64,000 nucleotides of DNA from positions 1 through 64,000 of the forward strand of contig JBGAHS010000012.1 in the NCBI GenBank assembly GCA_044226015.1, given 5' to 3'. Positions 19,611-29,627 of the stretch are shown one piece after another (the stretch's first letter is position 1; each line of letters begins with the position of its first letter). Both the position numbers and the translations under genes were made by a program. A model generated the notes under the pieces. It ran no database searches, was not told the origin of the DNA, and worked only from the letters and a program-made list of their open reading frames with translations. This stretch comes from Candidatus Obscuribacteraceae bacterium (GTDB lineage: Bacteria; Cyanobacteriota; Vampirovibrionia; Obscuribacterales; Obscuribacteraceae).

Positions 19611-20413
19611 ACGATCAAGTTTTGCTTGTTGAAAAAGATGGCGCTGTTGCCTGGTTTAAGCTAAACCGCCCAAAAGTCTATAACTGTTTGAATATAGAAC
19701 TTTTGAAGTCCATAAAGCGGGCCTGTGCCGAAGTCGCAGAAGATAAAGAGGTTCGCGTAGTCATTTTGACTGGTGCTGGCTCCAAGGTTTTTTGCTCAGG
19801 CGCCGATCTGACTGAGCGAAAGGGCATGACTGAAGGACAAGTCTTGGACTACTTGAATTTGATTCAATCGACAATGCTGGCCCTTGAACAATTGCCGCAG
19901 CCGGTCATCTGTGCATTAAATGGTAGCGCTTTCGGTGGTGGCACCGAGATGGCTATTTCCTGTGATTTGAGAATCATGAGTGATGACGCTGTTATGAAGC
20001 TGACTGAAGTGAAGCTTGGTATCATTCCTGGTGCTGGCGGCACGCAAAGACTACCACGATTGATTGGTAAGTCTCGCGCCAAAGAGATGATTCTAACTGC
20101 AAAAGCTATGTCTGCAAAAGAAGCTCTGGAAATCGGTCTTGTACATAAGGTTGTGCCGGCTGCTGAGAAGGGTGCAGAAGAAGCGACAGAACTGAGAAAG
20201 CAAGCACTGGAGTGGGCGCAAGAAATCGCCAAGGCTGCTCCGTTGTCGTTGAGATATGCAAAATCAGCTATCGATAATGGGTTTGATCGTGATCTTGCCG
20301 CCGGTCTGGCTATCGAAACCAAAGCATATCTTCAATTGCTCAGTTCCAAAGACAGGCTTGAAGGCTTAGCTGCATTTGCAGAAAAGCGTGAGCCAGTCTA
20401 CAAAGGCGAATAA
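19607..20413 (+). CDS. Enoyl-CoA hydratase (methylglutaconyl-CoA hydratase-like)
   Basis: FCSGADL, AFGGGTE and EVKLGIIPGAGGTQRLPRLIG motifs. GTG at 19607 overlaps the upstream TGA. Confidence 0.92.
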   Translation: MNDQVLLVEKDGAVAWFKLNRPKVYNCLNIELLKSIKRACAEVAEDKEVRVVILTGAGSKVFCSGADLTERKGMTEGQVLDYLNLIQSTMLALEQLPQPVICALNGSAFGGGTEMAISCDLRIMSDDAVMKLTEVKLGIIPGAGGTQRLPRLIGKSRAKEMILTAKAMSAKEALEIGLVHKVVPAAEKGAEEATELRKQALEWAQEIAKAAPLSLRYAKSAIDNGFDRDLAAGLAIETKAYLQLLSSKDRLEGLAAFAEKREPVYKGE

Positions 20414-21071
20414 AACAACACATCCAATTAGCAAAACTGTAGAAACTAGAAACGGACCTGTCTTGAGTTCAACTGAGCACAAAAATTCGAAATTACCCAT
20501 AACCGGGGTAATACTTTGTGGTGGGCAGAGCAAGCGCATGGGAAGACCAAAAGCCTTTCTTCCATATGCTGGAAAAACGCTTATAGAAAGTACGATGGAC
20601 CTTATGTCAGAGCTATTCGACGAGGTCTTGCTGGTGACAAACAACCCTGAAGAGTTTGAGCATCTCAGTGCCAACGTCGTAAGAGACATCATTCCAAAAC
20701 GTGGACCCCTCGTTGGTATTCTCTCTGGGCTTTTAGTGGCGCGAAATGAACATTGTTTTGTTGCGCCTTGCGATATGCCATTTCTCAATTCTGATTTGCT
20801 GCTTTCGATGGCAGCCAGGCGAAATACAGCTGACCTGCTTGTTTATAGCAGTGATAAGGTCATTGAACCTCTACTTGCGATTTACTCGAAGAGTTGTATT
20901 GAGTCATTAGAGGAAGTGATTTTCCAGGGCAAAGATGCGGCGCGTGATTTTGTTATTTCGAAGAATGCTCAGCTTTTCGAATTTCAGCGGGAAACTAAGA
21001 ACCTGATTCGGCTGCCCCATTTCAATGTGGACACGCCGAGCCAATTCGGCCAGTTGTGTGCGATGGTTTAG
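20376..21071 (+). CDS. mobA: Molybdenum cofactor guanylyltransferase
   Basis: ILCGGQSKRMG.PKA, GPLVGI, PCDMPF, EPLLAIY and FNVDTP motifs. Start uncertain. Confidence 0.85.
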   Translation: MQKSVSQSTKANKTTHPISKTVETRNGPVLSSTEHKNSKLPITGVILCGGQSKRMGRPKAFLPYAGKTLIESTMDLMSELFDEVLLVTNNPEEFEHLSANVVRDIIPKRGPLVGILSGLLVARNEHCFVAPCDMPFLNSDLLLSMAARRNTADLLVYSSDKVIEPLLAIYSKSCIESLEEVIFQGKDAARDFVISKNAQLFEFQRETKNLIRLPHFNVDTPSQFGQLCAMV

Positions 21072-21220
21072 CGCCACTAATACAAGACTCAATTTAGCTT
21101 GCGAAAGCCTCTTTCACTCTGAGTTCCAATAGACCTGTTGGAATCATCAATGGTGTTATGGAAAAAGAGAGAGCTTGTCGCATGCATTTTCTGGCGTCTG
21201 CCAGGTACGAGGTAACAGTG

Positions 21221-22555
21221 ATGCTTCAGAATAGTAAGTTTGTGAATACTAAAGCTTACAACAAAGCAAACGAGGAAAGGAAATACCCTGCACTTTCCCG
21301 AATCAATTTAAATACGAGCAGGTCGAGACAATACGACCCCGCTGCCTATCAAGGCGATAGAAACAAAAGTGAAATCGAGCAATCTGCACAATGTGTGGAA
21401 GACCCTACTCTGGTGACGGAAGCGGATCTGGCGGCACTTGAGCAGGTTCAATCGAATCATGCTGCTGAAACCAGGCAAGCATTTCCGCGTCATGCTTCTG
21501 TAAATCTTGAAGCCCTGCAAGCCAAAGAAGATCTGGCGATGCAAGAGGAAGACTGGCGTACCTTTTTCATGGGCAAAGCGGCAACTAAGCCAGCTGCGCT
21601 CATGGTTACTGAAGACCCGAGCTTGCTGGTTACAGGTTTTGCTGAGGTGGAAACTGCCTTAAGCTCTGCACCCATAACTACCCCACCTCCAGCTCAGATT
21701 GAGTCTTATGTAGAAGCATATGTCGAGCAAATTCGAACCAATATTTTTGAGGAACCTGCAAGTTCTACTGAAAATGTTGCATTAATTTCGATTAGCGAGC
21801 TTCCAGCAGACACTCCGCCTGCCGTTGAGCCAGTTTTTGTTCCGGTGCTTAGCGCAGTTTCTGTAGCGGAGCCAATCGCCGTGGCGTCACCAGATGCGGT
21901 GCAGCCAGCTGCGCCCGTCTGCGTAGAGAGCCAGCCTGAATCCGTCAAGATGGAGAGCATAAACGAATTCGTCGTGAAGGCTGAAGGCGAGCACACCCCG
22001 CTCGAATCATGTTCTCTGGAGACTTTGCAGGCTCCAAAGGAAGTTCCACCTATTTCGATGGAACACGCTATGGCATACATGAGTGAGGAAATTTCCTGGA
22101 CAGTAGCTGCACATGAAGCCGCCAAGGAAATTGAAAGATTGCGACTTTTAGATGAACAAAAATCGAAGAGCACTCTAGAGCTTCCAAAGCTCAGCTCTGA
22201 CGATTCCGAGTTTGCTCAAAAGTGTGCCGATGCCCTGGCTGAGGTTGAGCGAAAAGCGTGGGGTTATACCGCATCTGATAAGTTGAAGGAAGCTACTGAA
22301 ACGAAAAAAGATGAGCTGAGTAAGCCCGCTGAAACCGAGAAAACTGTTGAGATAAAGAAACAGCTTAATCCTGCGGAACTAGACAAAACCGTGGAAATCG
22401 CAAAGCCTAAAATCGAGTCAGCAGAAGTTCAAAACACAGAAGCAAAGGGCGCCAAAGCTGAGATAAAGAGCCCCGATGACAAATTCTGTCTCGATGACAT
22501 TTTCAATGACATGATTTCTGACGATCAGATTTTTCGTCGTACATGTAGATCGTAG
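21221..22555 (+). CDS. Hypothetical acidic, largely disordered protein
   Basis: Long E/P/A-rich ORF. ATG at 21221 follows a GAGG RBS; the ORF track start is 21158. Confidence 0.65.
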   Translation: MLQNSKFVNTKAYNKANEERKYPALSRINLNTSRSRQYDPAAYQGDRNKSEIEQSAQCVEDPTLVTEADLAALEQVQSNHAAETRQAFPRHASVNLEALQAKEDLAMQEEDWRTFFMGKAATKPAALMVTEDPSLLVTGFAEVETALSSAPITTPPPAQIESYVEAYVEQIRTNIFEEPASSTENVALISISELPADTPPAVEPVFVPVLSAVSVAEPIAVASPDAVQPAAPVCVESQPESVKMESINEFVVKAEGEHTPLESCSLETLQAPKEVPPISMEHAMAYMSEEISWTVAAHEAAKEIERLRLLDEQKSKSTLELPKLSSDDSEFAQKCADALAEVERKAWGYTASDKLKEATETKKDELSKPAETEKTVEIKKQLNPAELDKTVEIAKPKIESAEVQNTEAKGAKAEIKSPDDKFCLDDIFNDMISDDQIFRRTCRS

Positions 22556-22572
22556 TACACGTAGATCGTCGT
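22534..22572. repeat. 16-bp imperfect tandem repeat (about 2.4 copies) at convergent gene ends
   Basis: tcgtcgtacatgtaga / tcgtagtacacgtaga / tcgtcgt. Confidence 0.7.
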
Positions 22573-22574
22573 GT

Positions 22575-23087
22575 CTAAATCAACGACTCAATAATTCCGC
22601 TTGCAGTGTCCAGTTGCTCCTGGTCATAATTCCAGCGTGTGAGGAAATCGTTATAGACGCCAGTCTTCTGGCGAATGGAAAAACGCATCTCTTTCAACTT
22701 AGTTTTGACTTCGGCCGATTGCATTTTGCGAATAAGCCCGATTGTGCGCTCTTTGACCTGCTTGGAACCAGTCTCATTTATGCTGTCGCCTTTGCGTCTA
22801 TGGGTTAATTCCATAGTGCATGACATAACCAGATTTTTCGCCAGCAAATCTGGTACCACTTCACTTTCGGCAAAGGCCGAAAGCAAATAATCAGGCGCAT
22901 CATCTGCCAGAGCACAGTCACCGGTAAGAAAGCTGATGAAGAATCCTCGGCAAGAAGAGACAGCTGAGAGCAGTTCCTTCAGTTTGGAATTTAGCTCATC
23001 GCTGAATCCCTTTTCCTCAAAATCGAGAAGAAGCGCCTCGCTGAGCGGAAGCGCTTCTTCAAAAGTAATCTCGCTGGTCTCTGCCAT
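22575..23087 (-). CDS. Hypothetical helical protein, last gene of the pil run
   Basis: 170-aa ORF whose start overlaps the upstream stop. The ITFEEA, RGFF..FLT and L.KNL.MS pattern resembles conserved cyanobacterial hypotheticals (recalled, not searched). Confidence 0.7.
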   Translation of the reverse strand: MAETSEITFEEALPLSEALLLDFEEKGFSDELNSKLKELLSAVSSCRGFFISFLTGDCALADDAPDYLLSAFAESEVVPDLLAKNLVMSCTMELTHRRKGDSINETGSKQVKERTIGLIRKMQSAEVKTKLKEMRFSIRQKTGVYNDFLTRWNYDQEQLDTASGIIESLI

Positions 23088-23797
23088 TACTTTATTTGGG
23101 GCAGGTTTTTTACAGAGCGTTCGGAATCTTCTTCGATAGTTACGCTATCAGGGTCAACCGAAACGACGCTGAATGAACCATTCGCAGGGTCTTCAAATCG
23201 CTCGCCAGGTCCCAAACAAATTACTGAAGGCCATTTGTTCGCCACACGCAATTTGAACGGAACTTCCAGAACTGCCTTGTTTCCGATGATAGCTGTAAGC
23301 TTCAAGCTCGGTGTAACCGTTGGTTTTTCTGGAGGCAACGGCAAATCTGGCACTGGAATTTCAGGAGGTGCATCTGCAGCAATAGGAGCTGGAGGCGGTG
23401 GCGCCTTTGTTGCTTCTACTGGTGGAGGTGGTGGTGGCACAGTTCCGCCGCCATGTTCCTTCTTATCCTTTTCAGCCTCATCCTTCTCATCGTCAGAAGT
23501 AGTGCGACCGCCGGATTGATTTAGCTTAGTCCAGGGAGCTGGGTAAGGCGTTCTTTCGAAGATGCCTTTCATCGGATCTTCACGACCCGCCAACTGTTTA
23601 GCAACAACTGATGCTTCATCTCTCTTTGTGGCTGGGTACGAACTACCTCTAACAACTGTAGTTGTCGTAGTTGTGGTTGTTGTGCTGTTTTGCTGCGTGA
23701 GACCATCTTCTGGTTCTGCCATCGCGATGCTGCTAGCGCTGAGCAAAATGCTCGCTGCTAGTAGGGTGTAGATCAAGTTTGACTTTCGTACAACCAT
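23087..23797 (-). CDS. Exported PilP-like pilus assembly protein
   Basis: Signal peptide, GREDPM, Pro-rich linker and C-terminal beta domain (LKLTAIIG.KAVL...VVSVDPDSVTI). Follows pilO. Confidence 0.6.
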   Translation of the reverse strand: MVVRKSNLIYTLLAASILLSASSIAMAEPEDGLTQQNSTTTTTTTTTVVRGSSYPATKRDEASVVAKQLAGREDPMKGIFERTPYPAPWTKLNQSGGRTTSDDEKDEAEKDKKEHGGGTVPPPPPPVEATKAPPPPAPIAADAPPEIPVPDLPLPPEKPTVTPSLKLTAIIGNKAVLEVPFKLRVANKWPSVICLGPGERFEDPANGSFSVVSVDPDSVTIEEDSERSVKNLPQIK

Positions 23798-23809
23798 TTA
23801 AGTGATTCC

Positions 23810-24532
23810 TCAAGGAAGAAAGAACGTGGTCAGTGTCATAGTGATAAAGAGGTTATTTGGATCTCCGGCTTCTTCTCCTTCTGCAGGAGCCGCATCGTCA
23901 ATCCTCACTTTATCTTTCCCCGAATCCTTCTTCGGTAGTCGGAATGAAATGTCATCTATTCGGACTACGCGCTGGTAGGTCTCCAATTCATGACACAATT
24001 TCTGAAGTCCGTTGAAGTCGCCGGTTACTATAAATTGTTTAGATGTTTGGTCGAGCTCAGCTTTCGGTGGTTCAGCAGCTTCTGTTGTGCCGCCTGCCCC
24101 CGCGCCGCCAGCAAGATTTCCTTTCAAAGCATTTTTCAGATTATCTTGCTTGCTCTTGAGGTATTGGCTTCTGTCCTCGTCTGTGCGTCTGGGCTGACCA
24201 GAAGCATCTTTCGGTCCACTGATGGACACCATATTCATTCCAGCTTCTTTGCACATTTTTTCGAGGTCAATCGTCAACAAATCGATTTCAGGAGCTTTTG
24301 GAACAGAGCCTCTGAGAGCATCAATTTGTTTAGTAAGTTCTTGCTGGCGCTTTGTGAGTTTTTCACTTCCGGCAAGTTTCTTTTCAAGATCTTCTTTTTG
24401 TCCTGTCTTTTCTTGAATAGAAAGATCACGTTGATTTTGCTCTTCAAAAGCAGGTTGTAGCATCGCCATCCCAACATATATTGCAGCGGCGAACGGCAGA
24501 AGAACTAGTAATGCTTTAATCCTAACGTCCAT
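23810..24532 (-). CDS. pilO: Type IV pilus assembly protein PilO
   Basis: N-terminal TM, coiled coil and VTGDF..L......LE.YQRVVRI; follows pilM/N. Confidence 0.75.
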   Translation of the reverse strand: MDVRIKALLVLLPFAAAIYVGMAMLQPAFEEQNQRDLSIQEKTGQKEDLEKKLAGSEKLTKRQQELTKQIDALRGSVPKAPEIDLLTIDLEKMCKEAGMNMVSISGPKDASGQPRRTDEDRSQYLKSKQDNLKNALKGNLAGGAGAGGTTEAAEPPKAELDQTSKQFIVTGDFNGLQKLCHELETYQRVVRIDDISFRLPKKDSGKDKVRIDDAAPAEGEEAGDPNNLFITMTLTTFFLP

Positions 24533-24552
24533 TTACTACCTCTTTCCTAAGT

Positions 24553-26643
24553 TTACTTGGTTGACGATTTCGATGCCAATTGCTTGCTGAGCTTTTCGCA
24601 AGCTGACATTAATGGTGCGGCGTTGGCATCTGTTGGTTGCACTCGCTCAACCTGTTCGCCTTTTGCATCGAGGAAAATCAGTGTTGGTGCTGTATTCACT
24701 TGATATTTTTTCACCAGTGCTGCGTTGGCTGGGTCTTCCATATCAACTGTTTGGAACTGGAATTGGCTGCCGTATTTTTGCTGAGCTTGATCAACAGCAG
24801 GCTTAATTCTCTGGCAAGTGATGACTCCATTTGCTGTGAAATTCAGCACTCTTGGTCCGCTTGCGATGCTCAAATCTGCTGAACCATCGCCCGTGCTAAT
24901 TGGCATGCCATCAGGGCCAGAGCCACTATCCATTGAAACTGTTTTGGAATTGATGTCTGGAGAAAGTGAGCCATCAATTTGATAAACAATATTAGATGGT
25001 GACGGGTAGTGACGTTTAATGTAAGCCACGTCAACATTGCTAAACATATTCGAACCAGCCAGGTTGATTGCAAGGTGCGAAACTTTTGCAAAATCGACAG
25101 TGCTGCCCTGAACGGTTACGTTGCTTCCAAGCACTTTGACCTGACCAATCGCTACGCCTTTTGGAATGTTATCTTTGAAAGACTGAAGAACTGCAGTCAT
25201 CGGTGTTCCGTGATTAACAATCGCTTCCAGTGCTTTCTTGCGTGCTTCCAGACTAGCAACATCTTCCTGTGTCTTGTTCAAGAGCGCCAGTTTCGATTTC
25301 GCTTCAGTTACAGCTGTTTCGAGGTCTGCAATCTCTTTGTCTTTCGCTGGTAGCACTACGTTTTCCACGTAGGCGTAAGCTCCGCCAACACCCACTAGCG
25401 CTATCAGTCCTACGGTTAGTGCTGGCTTGAACCATGGTGCAGGAACTTCCTCGACGAAACCTTCCTCATCTTCATAGTCGTCACCACCCGCTGCATCGGC
25501 ACCGGGTGCACCTTTGTTAAGGTCGATGGCAACTGTTTTCGAGTTGATCATCGCTGGGTCAACAACAAGTCCCATCAACATTGTGTGATATGGGCGCATA
25601 TCATCTCTAATCTGGTTGCGATCATAGACCACACCTTGTAGAGGATTGCCAACCACGGTATTTAGATTGAGTCTGTTTGCTATGAACTGGTCGATTTCAG
25701 GAATCGCGGTACCTGCACCGCATACGATGACCTGATCAACTCTGACCATGCCAACTTGAGACATGTAGAATTCAAGTGACCGACCTACTTCTGCTGTGAG
25801 GTCGCCGCATACCGAGCGAGTGACCTGAGCTGCTTGACCCAACCTGGGGTCAACAGTTGGAACTCCCAGCAGCTGAATCTTTGGCAAGAGTTCTTTTGCT
25901 TCTTCAACACTTGCATTAATGCTTCTCTGAATTGCTTCCATTACTGTTTCTACACCCAGCAATACAGAACGGCTGAAAAGCGGAACTGCTTTATTTACAA
26001 GAGTGATGTCGGTGGCATCCTGTCTGATATTGACGACCAGCGAGAGCGCCTCTTTTCCGATTTGACCGGCAAAAGCGAGTGATCTGACTGCTGCTAAGGA
26101 GCTGATGTCGAGTTTACCGAGCTGAATACCAGCGGTTTCAGCCATTCTGAAATAACCATCGACAATTACTTTTTGAATTGCGCCCAATAGAACGTCTTCT
26201 CTTTCGACGCCATCTGGGTCCATTCTGCCGGTGCCTGGAACTCTGCACCAGTCAAGGTTTGCTTCATCGATGGGGAACGGTAAGTTGTTGATAGCTTCTT
26301 GCCTGACAACATCATTCAATTCCTCATTTGGCATTCCCTTTGGAACTGGCATCAGTCTGATGACGACGCTTTGCCCTGGAATACCAATGCTGGCAACCGC
26401 TGTTCCTTGTTTCGCCGTTAACCCAACGCTGTCAAGCAATTCGCGCACTGCGCTTCCAACTGCTTCAGGGTCAGATAAAAGACCTTCGCGCACTAATTCT
26501 GGTGGCGTAAGCGTACTTGCAAAGCGAGAAATTTTCAAATCAGTTTTTGTTTTCTCGAGCTGCATAACCGAAATTGTGCTGCTATTGATATCAAGTCCAA
26601 TTACAGGACCAGTCTTCTTACCGAATCCAAACACTATAGCCAC
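24553..26643 (-). CDS. pilM: PilM-PilN-thioredoxin-like fusion protein
   Basis: PilM motifs IGLDINS, NLPFPIDE...D, EVGRSLEFY and CGAG. Then IDLN, a TM segment, coiled coil and PilN-like IPKGV.I...V.VQG. C-terminal thioredoxin fold (NFTANGVITCQRIKP...YQVNTAPTLIFLD). Confidence 0.85.
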   Translation of the reverse strand: MAIVFGFGKKTGPVIGLDINSSTISVMQLEKTKTDLKISRFASTLTPPELVREGLLSDPEAVGSAVRELLDSVGLTAKQGTAVASIGIPGQSVVIRLMPVPKGMPNEELNDVVRQEAINNLPFPIDEANLDWCRVPGTGRMDPDGVEREDVLLGAIQKVIVDGYFRMAETAGIQLGKLDISSLAAVRSLAFAGQIGKEALSLVVNIRQDATDITLVNKAVPLFSRSVLLGVETVMEAIQRSINASVEEAKELLPKIQLLGVPTVDPRLGQAAQVTRSVCGDLTAEVGRSLEFYMSQVGMVRVDQVIVCGAGTAIPEIDQFIANRLNLNTVVGNPLQGVVYDRNQIRDDMRPYHTMLMGLVVDPAMINSKTVAIDLNKGAPGADAAGGDDYEDEEGFVEEVPAPWFKPALTVGLIALVGVGGAYAYVENVVLPAKDKEIADLETAVTEAKSKLALLNKTQEDVASLEARKKALEAIVNHGTPMTAVLQSFKDNIPKGVAIGQVKVLGSNVTVQGSTVDFAKVSHLAINLAGSNMFSNVDVAYIKRHYPSPSNIVYQIDGSLSPDINSKTVSMDSGSGPDGMPISTGDGSADLSIASGPRVLNFTANGVITCQRIKPAVDQAQQKYGSQFQFQTVDMEDPANAALVKKYQVNTAPTLIFLDAKGEQVERVQPTDANAAPLMSACEKLSKQLASKSSTK

Positions 26644-26695
26644 CTTCCCGAGCGAGAAAATTAGTAAGAGTCGAACCTCATCTATTATGCCCTAT

Positions 26696-27985
26696 TTAAT
26701 AGAAAGGAAGCCAGTACGGAATCAAAAACATTGCGACAAATCCGCCTAGCGCTAGAGCAGGTCCAAAAGGAAAAGGCTTGGAAACACGCGTCCCTACTGC
26801 TACCATGCCGATCATGGTACCGCCGATGGCACCGGCGGCTGCAAAATTTAACATCATCATGCTCTGGCTAATCGGTGAATCTATAGAGCTTGGCAAGCAA
26901 TATGCCAGGGCACTCATGGAAACCGCACCCAGGATAGAAAAGAGCAGGCACTTTTTGCCGCATTCTCTTAGCAAGTTATTTCGTTTCATCTCGACGACGA
27001 GAAGACTCATTCCCATTGCCGTTCCGGCGAGGAAACCTATCACTAGAGCGAGGACCAAACCTTGCCAACCAAGATATGCTGACATCACCGCGGATAGTAC
27101 CGCGTCGCCACCACCCATAACCTCAATTTGCTCTTCTCTTGCTTCTGGCAAAGTCAAGATCATTTCGGTGTGCAGCTGGTCTTCCTCATAATTTTGGGTT
27201 GACTCTGGCAGTTCTTCTTTTGCTTCTTCTTCCAATTCTGATTTATGAGTCATCATGTAAAGCTTTAGCCCGTAAAAGGCCAGGAAGTCGAAAATGAGAT
27301 AGCTGGCTCCGATACCGACCATCGAGCCAACGAAGTCACCACGAATCAATGCACTGAATATGATACCAACTACCATTGATGGATATGTGATTTCGTGCGG
27401 GATCAACTTCTCTCTAAAATCAGTGATGGTGACCGCAATCAATGTGGAAGCAAAGCTGAGGCAGCCAGCGAAGAGACCAAACTTAAAGAAGCCCAGGTCA
27501 GTGCTGTTCAGTGTCGCCGTACTGTGGGTAGCGATGCCTCGTTGAATTGCAAAGAAAAGATCTTTTGAGTTATCTCCCGTAAAACTGGCTATGTGGAAAG
27601 GATCAAAATTATTTACTGGAATTGGATGAACCAGGAAAACATAAGCAAGTGCTGCGTATATGACTCCGGTCAGCAATTCAACGAGTGGATATTGCCAGGA
27701 TATTGGCTGACGGCAATAGCGGCACTTTCCTTGAAGCAAGACGTAGGAGAGCACTGGTATGTTGTCGAGGGCTGACAATGCATGATTACATCGCGGGCAG
27801 TAAGAGCCGGGCCAAACAACTGACTCTTCTTTTAAGGACCTGAGTGCGACTACGTTCAAAAAACTTCCAACGCAAACGCCCAGAATAAAGAGAAATGAGC
27901 AGAGCACCCAGGGTGATTCCGTGCAGAACTGATTACTGGTTTCGATAAGGATTTTTAGTGATGAGAAGTCAAAAAAATCGGGCAT
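26696..27985 (-). CDS. pilD: Prepilin peptidase
   Basis: GSFLNVV, S.CPRC, DNIPVLSY.LLQGKCRYC, MGGGD and PFGPAL motifs. Confidence 0.92.
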   Translation of the reverse strand: MPDFFDFSSLKILIETSNQFCTESPWVLCSFLFILGVCVGSFLNVVALRSLKEESVVWPGSYCPRCNHALSALDNIPVLSYVLLQGKCRYCRQPISWQYPLVELLTGVIYAALAYVFLVHPIPVNNFDPFHIASFTGDNSKDLFFAIQRGIATHSTATLNSTDLGFFKFGLFAGCLSFASTLIAVTITDFREKLIPHEITYPSMVVGIIFSALIRGDFVGSMVGIGASYLIFDFLAFYGLKLYMMTHKSELEEEAKEELPESTQNYEEDQLHTEMILTLPEAREEQIEVMGGGDAVLSAVMSAYLGWQGLVLALVIGFLAGTAMGMSLLVVEMKRNNLLRECGKKCLLFSILGAVSMSALAYCLPSSIDSPISQSMMMLNFAAAGAIGGTMIGMVAVGTRVSKPFPFGPALALGGFVAMFLIPYWLPFY

Positions 27986-28788
27986 TAATTGAACTCTCGC
28001 CGCTCAGCAATAATGGTAGATAGGCTGAGCAGAACCACTACGTATGCGGCGATATAGAGCGATATATACAGCGCAGTATTCGTCATGGCAATTTCACCGT
28101 CCATCAAATTCGAACGCAGCTCAGTCAGGCGGGCGAGGTCTGGCATAGCGTATTGTAAACCAGTTGCTAGCGCTGCGGTAAAAGGACTTGGATGCTGCTT
28201 ATCCTGCGCCAGGTTTCGCAGCAATTCATATGAGAAGCTCAAGTGACCTGCCAACCACATTCCGCAGGTGAATATCATGCTCATCAGGGGAGTGCAAAAT
28301 GTTGAGAAGAAAGTAGCCAGTGCTATGACCATAACCAGCTCAAGATAGACCAGAACAAGAGAAATGAGCATGGGTACAGCTGCGCTGAAGTTCGACATTT
28401 GGAAAGCAAGAACGAGTATGAAAAAGAGCCCCATGGAAAAATTGGTAATGAAAACTGAAAGGCAGAGCCCAAGAAACTTGCCCGTTATGAATTGCCAGCG
28501 GTGTATGGGTTTGGTCACTATCAAGAAAATTGTCTTGCGATCAATCTCTTTGAACACCAGTGTGGTTCCAACAAAGACCGCAATGATGCCACCGAATATA
28601 GTGATGGCAAAGAGACCGAGGTCTTCCAAAATTCTGATATCCTGGTCGGCAGAAAGAGCCCCGAAGACCATTCCGGCCAGTGTCGCCAGAAGTGCAAAGA
28701 CGACGATAGCATAAAGAATTCGGTCTCTAACCGTCTCTCGAAATGTGTTCAAAGCCACTGCTTTGACTATGTTGATATTCTTCAGCAT
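27985..28788 (-). CDS. ABC transporter permease (PilI-like)
   Basis: IVKAVALNTFRETVRDRI and EIDRKTI...VTKPI.R..FI.GKFLG; six TM segments. Confidence 0.85.
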   Translation of the reverse strand: MLKNINIVKAVALNTFRETVRDRILYAIVVFALLATLAGMVFGALSADQDIRILEDLGLFAITIFGGIIAVFVGTTLVFKEIDRKTIFLIVTKPIHRWQFITGKFLGLCLSVFITNFSMGLFFILVLAFQMSNFSAAVPMLISLVLVYLELVMVIALATFFSTFCTPLMSMIFTCGMWLAGHLSFSYELLRNLAQDKQHPSPFTAALATGLQYAMPDLARLTELRSNLMDGEIAMTNTALYISLYIAAYVVVLLSLSTIIAERREFN

Positions 28789-28795
28789 GAATTCC

Positions 28796-29608
28796 CTACT
28801 TCGTTTGCGAACCTTCTCGCTCAATATGGTACGGAGTCACAGAGCCATTCTTTCGGTACTCTTCCTCTGCTTCAGATACTTTGTTCATAAAGTACTCTTC
28901 GAGTTCCTGATAGTTTCCTGACTTGCAAATATCAGCCACAGCGCCCTGTCCTACCATCTTTCCGCGATGTAAGACCCCGACTCGATCGCAGATTTCTTTC
29001 ACATCGGGAATCATATGTGAGTTGAAAAATATGGTTTTGCCAGATGCTTTGAGTTTGAGCATAATGTTTCTGATGTCCCTGCGACCTATCGGGTCGAGCC
29101 CCGAATTAGGCTCATCGAGAAAAACAAGTTCAGGGTCATTCAGTAGTGCTTGTGCAATACCCAGGCGTTGCATCATGCCTTTTGAGAATTTTCGAATTGG
29201 TCGTGAGCCCGCTTCTGAGAGAGAAACAAGCTCAAGCAGCTCTTTGATACGGTCTTTTTTCTCTTTGCCTTGCAGATTGAAGAGTTGAGCAAAGAAATCC
29301 AGGAATTCCTGCGCGGTCAGATACGCGTAAAAATATGGTGCTTCGGGAAGAAATCCGATACGAGCCAGTACATCGAGATCTCCGGGATTTTTGCCAAGGA
29401 CTTTGATCTCTCCACTAGTGGGCTTAATCAGCCCCAGCAGAAGTTTTTGTGTGGTGGTTTTTCCCGCGCCATTCGGGCCCAGCAAACCGTAGGACTCGCC
29501 TCTCATAACTGTCAAGTCAAGACCATCCAACGCCCGGAAGCGTTTTCGGAGGAAGTTACTCAAATGATCCTTGACTAGTCCGCGAACTTCGATGACTGTT
29601 TCGGTCAT
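28796..29608 (-). CDS. ABC transporter ATP-binding protein (PilH-like)
   Basis: GPNGAGKTT, FSKGMMQR and LDEPNSGLDP motifs. Start placed at MTETV (ATG 29608). Confidence 0.92.
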   Translation of the reverse strand: MTETVIEVRGLVKDHLSNFLRKRFRALDGLDLTVMRGESYGLLGPNGAGKTTTQKLLLGLIKPTSGEIKVLGKNPGDLDVLARIGFLPEAPYFYAYLTAQEFLDFFAQLFNLQGKEKKDRIKELLELVSLSEAGSRPIRKFSKGMMQRLGIAQALLNDPELVFLDEPNSGLDPIGRRDIRNIMLKLKASGKTIFFNSHMIPDVKEICDRVGVLHRGKMVGQGAVADICKSGNYQELEEYFMNKVSEAEEEYRKNGSVTPYHIEREGSQTK

Positions 29609-29627
29609 AGGTGCACCAATATGTCGT

